Shown: positions 62,101 through 64,000 of the stretch, piece by piece
How positions within the stretch are numbered: the stretch's first letter is position 1
Layout: the number at the start of each line of letters is the position of its first letter
From: Raillietiella orientalis
Lineage: Eukaryota
Reading direction: 5' to 3'
NCBI GenBank assembly: GCA_036172245.1
Contig: JAYWIR010000010.1
Span: 2,046,001 to 2,110,000 of the forward strand
Length of the DNA: 64,000 nucleotides
Notes under the pieces: model-generated
Seen by the model: only the letters and a program-made list of their open reading frames with translations
Told to the model about the DNA's origin: nothing
Database searches by the model: none
Program-made: the position numbers and the translations under genes

Positions 62101-63700
62101 GTTCGGCCGCACCTTTTGCCCCACGCCTCACCTTTCCGAGGAGGCCCTCCTCGGCGGGAGACACCGACCCCTGAGGCTGAACGCGGGTGACATCACCGCG
62201 ATTTTTCCCCCTCCAGCTTTCCTTGTTTTCCCAGCCTTTCCCTTCGTTTCGCTTTTCCCCCTCTCCCTCCCGCTTCCCGTCAGCTTCCCGCCCTTTTCCG
62301 TGCACGCTTTTCGCTACAGGAGAGCGGGAAGCGCGAGGCGGTTGCACTGCCGGTAATTGCGCGCGCCGCCTATCGCGGCAGAGCAGGGCAAGCACCTTCT
62401 GCCCCCCCCTCGCAGATGGTGCTGCGTGCGCGGCTGGCAACGCTGCCGAAACTCCGCCACTCTTCCCACTTGGGGCTCGTGCAGGGGGCGAACGAGGGAG
62501 ATCTCCCGCGAGTCTCTTCCCGGATAAGGGTGCGGCAGCCGGAAGCTCCGCGCTTGAGTGGGCTGCTGCGGACTGTCCGAGGGTCGGCAAACTCCTGCCG
62601 ACTGGTGAGGAGGCGCTCCTTCCGGCTTCCCCGTCAGAGACCGTGGCGCCAGTTCCTCTGCATCCTGAAGGCATCCTTTCAATGGTGGCAGCCGCCGGCA
62701 GGACGGGAGGGGATCCGCTGGGGTAGCCATACCACCGCCGTCCTGGGCCCGGCGGCGACGCGTGTGCGGACACGCCAGGAGCCGCCTGACCTCGCTCCGC
62801 CTCCCCCGTTCCCTGGGGATGGAGGCGGAGGCGTGAGCGATGCTCCCAGGTGCTCCGGAACTTTTCTCGGAGCCCCTCCCCCTCCCGCCTTGCCAACGGT
62901 GCTGCTCGAATAGCTTCGTTTCCTTGGACGAACAGCTGGAGGGATCGCGTGGGGCCAGGTGCGGCAGGATACGAGGAATGGAATCGCGGAGGGCATCTGG
63001 AACGACGCTCTCGGACGGGCTCCCCGAGGCCTCCCCTGCCCCTGAATGCTCCAGCTCGCCCTGCAGTGAGATCCACTCCTTACCCTCTATGCGGTCCGAG
63101 CGCGTGCTCCTGAGAAGACGAGAGCAACAAGAACGGCTTGGCTTTCGGGAACCTCTCGCTGGCGTCATCTTCCGACGAAACGGAAAACCCCTTCGCAATG
63201 GGAGGGGAGAAGGAGGAATCCCAGGAGTGAGCGGCGCACGGTAGGAAGAAGGGAACCGGCTTTTCGAGAGCGGATTTTTGGGTGGCCGGCCCTCCTCCCT
63301 TGGCTGCTTCCCGTGGGCAGAAGTGGGAGCAGCGGCCAGAAGTGCTGCCACCGCTCTGCTGGCGGGGCGATTCGAATCAGCACGCCGCCGCCGTTGCGCC
63401 ACATCCTCCCGAAAGTATGGATCGATGCCTTCCTGTCTCGCGTTTCGGTGACTGGGAGGGGAAGAAGAAGAGCAGCGCCAAAGTCCCGCGGCATTTCCCT
63501 TCCCTCAGCAGAGCAACGGGCAGGACGAGGGGCCGGTCCTGCCCCACTCCGTGAATCGTCCCGTGACGCGGCACATTTCGAAGTGATCGATACCCCCTCC
63601 CTCCTCGTCTTCCCGCTCCACCACCCTCTCCCCTCAATTGAGTTTGTCGTCAGCCTAAGGCGAAACAGCAAATCATGGTCGCCTCCTGTGCGTTCCTGTG
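59200..63700 (-). mobile_element. Decayed GC-rich LINE-like block (ORF1/APE remnants)
   Basis: GSRGVVFSL (APE GV-motif-like, about 62000) and long GC-rich open frames. No intact domain. Confidence 0.3.
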
Positions 63701-64000
63701 CGTCCTCGAAACCCAGCAACTGGCCGCGTGTTTGTAACCTGCTTACCTATTCATCACCCTGGAAGATTGAAAGAAGGGGAAAAAAAAGATGGCGCCGTCT
63801 GGTCGACGCGAGCATTCTGCTGCGGGAGATACCTCCGAATCGCTCTGGCCTTATCACGTTTTGCTCATTGGAGTTCATCCTGCAGAGCGTCGCCGCGCAC
63901 GACGCCCTCGCTAGGAAACCGAAAAGGGGAGGAGGAGGGAGGAAGCCCGGTGTCTCGCACATTTGTTTTTATTCAATCCTTCCTCATCCTTCCGCCACGG

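Noticed and set aside
61391..63076. 561-aa ORF on the minus strand as a host gene
   Set aside because: Low-complexity GC-rich translation with no coherent domain; at most parts of a frameshifted LINE.

Overview
Eukaryotic (metazoan, probably invertebrate) genomic DNA; nothing here looks prokaryotic. I can support one intact host gene: a two-exon MEX3-family gene on the + strand (CDS 40634-40877 + 41361-42385, 422 aa) with an NES-like helix, two KH domains and a C-terminal RING, plus a motif-rich promoter and an AT-rich 3' UTR. Most of the rest (about 1-31.5 kb and 44.5-64 kb) is decayed, GC-rich, nested retroelements. These are mainly 5'-truncated L1/Tx1-like LINEs with a CX2CX7HX4C knuckle, three of which sit inside other repeats with readable 6-9 bp TSDs; six 3' ends share a terminal hairpin. 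Also present are a NeSL/Utopia-like RLE retrotransposon remnant, a probable Ty3/Gypsy pol remnant, a ~600 bp repeat with a tRNA-like head, a ~950 bp inverted duplicate and simple repeats. The 32-40 kb interval has minus-strand splice signals and protein-like readings that suggest an unidentified, disrupted gene divergent from MEX3. Most ORFs in the supplied track are GC-rich shadow ORFs. All homology was judged by eye. TE boundaries are approximate unless a TSD is quoted.
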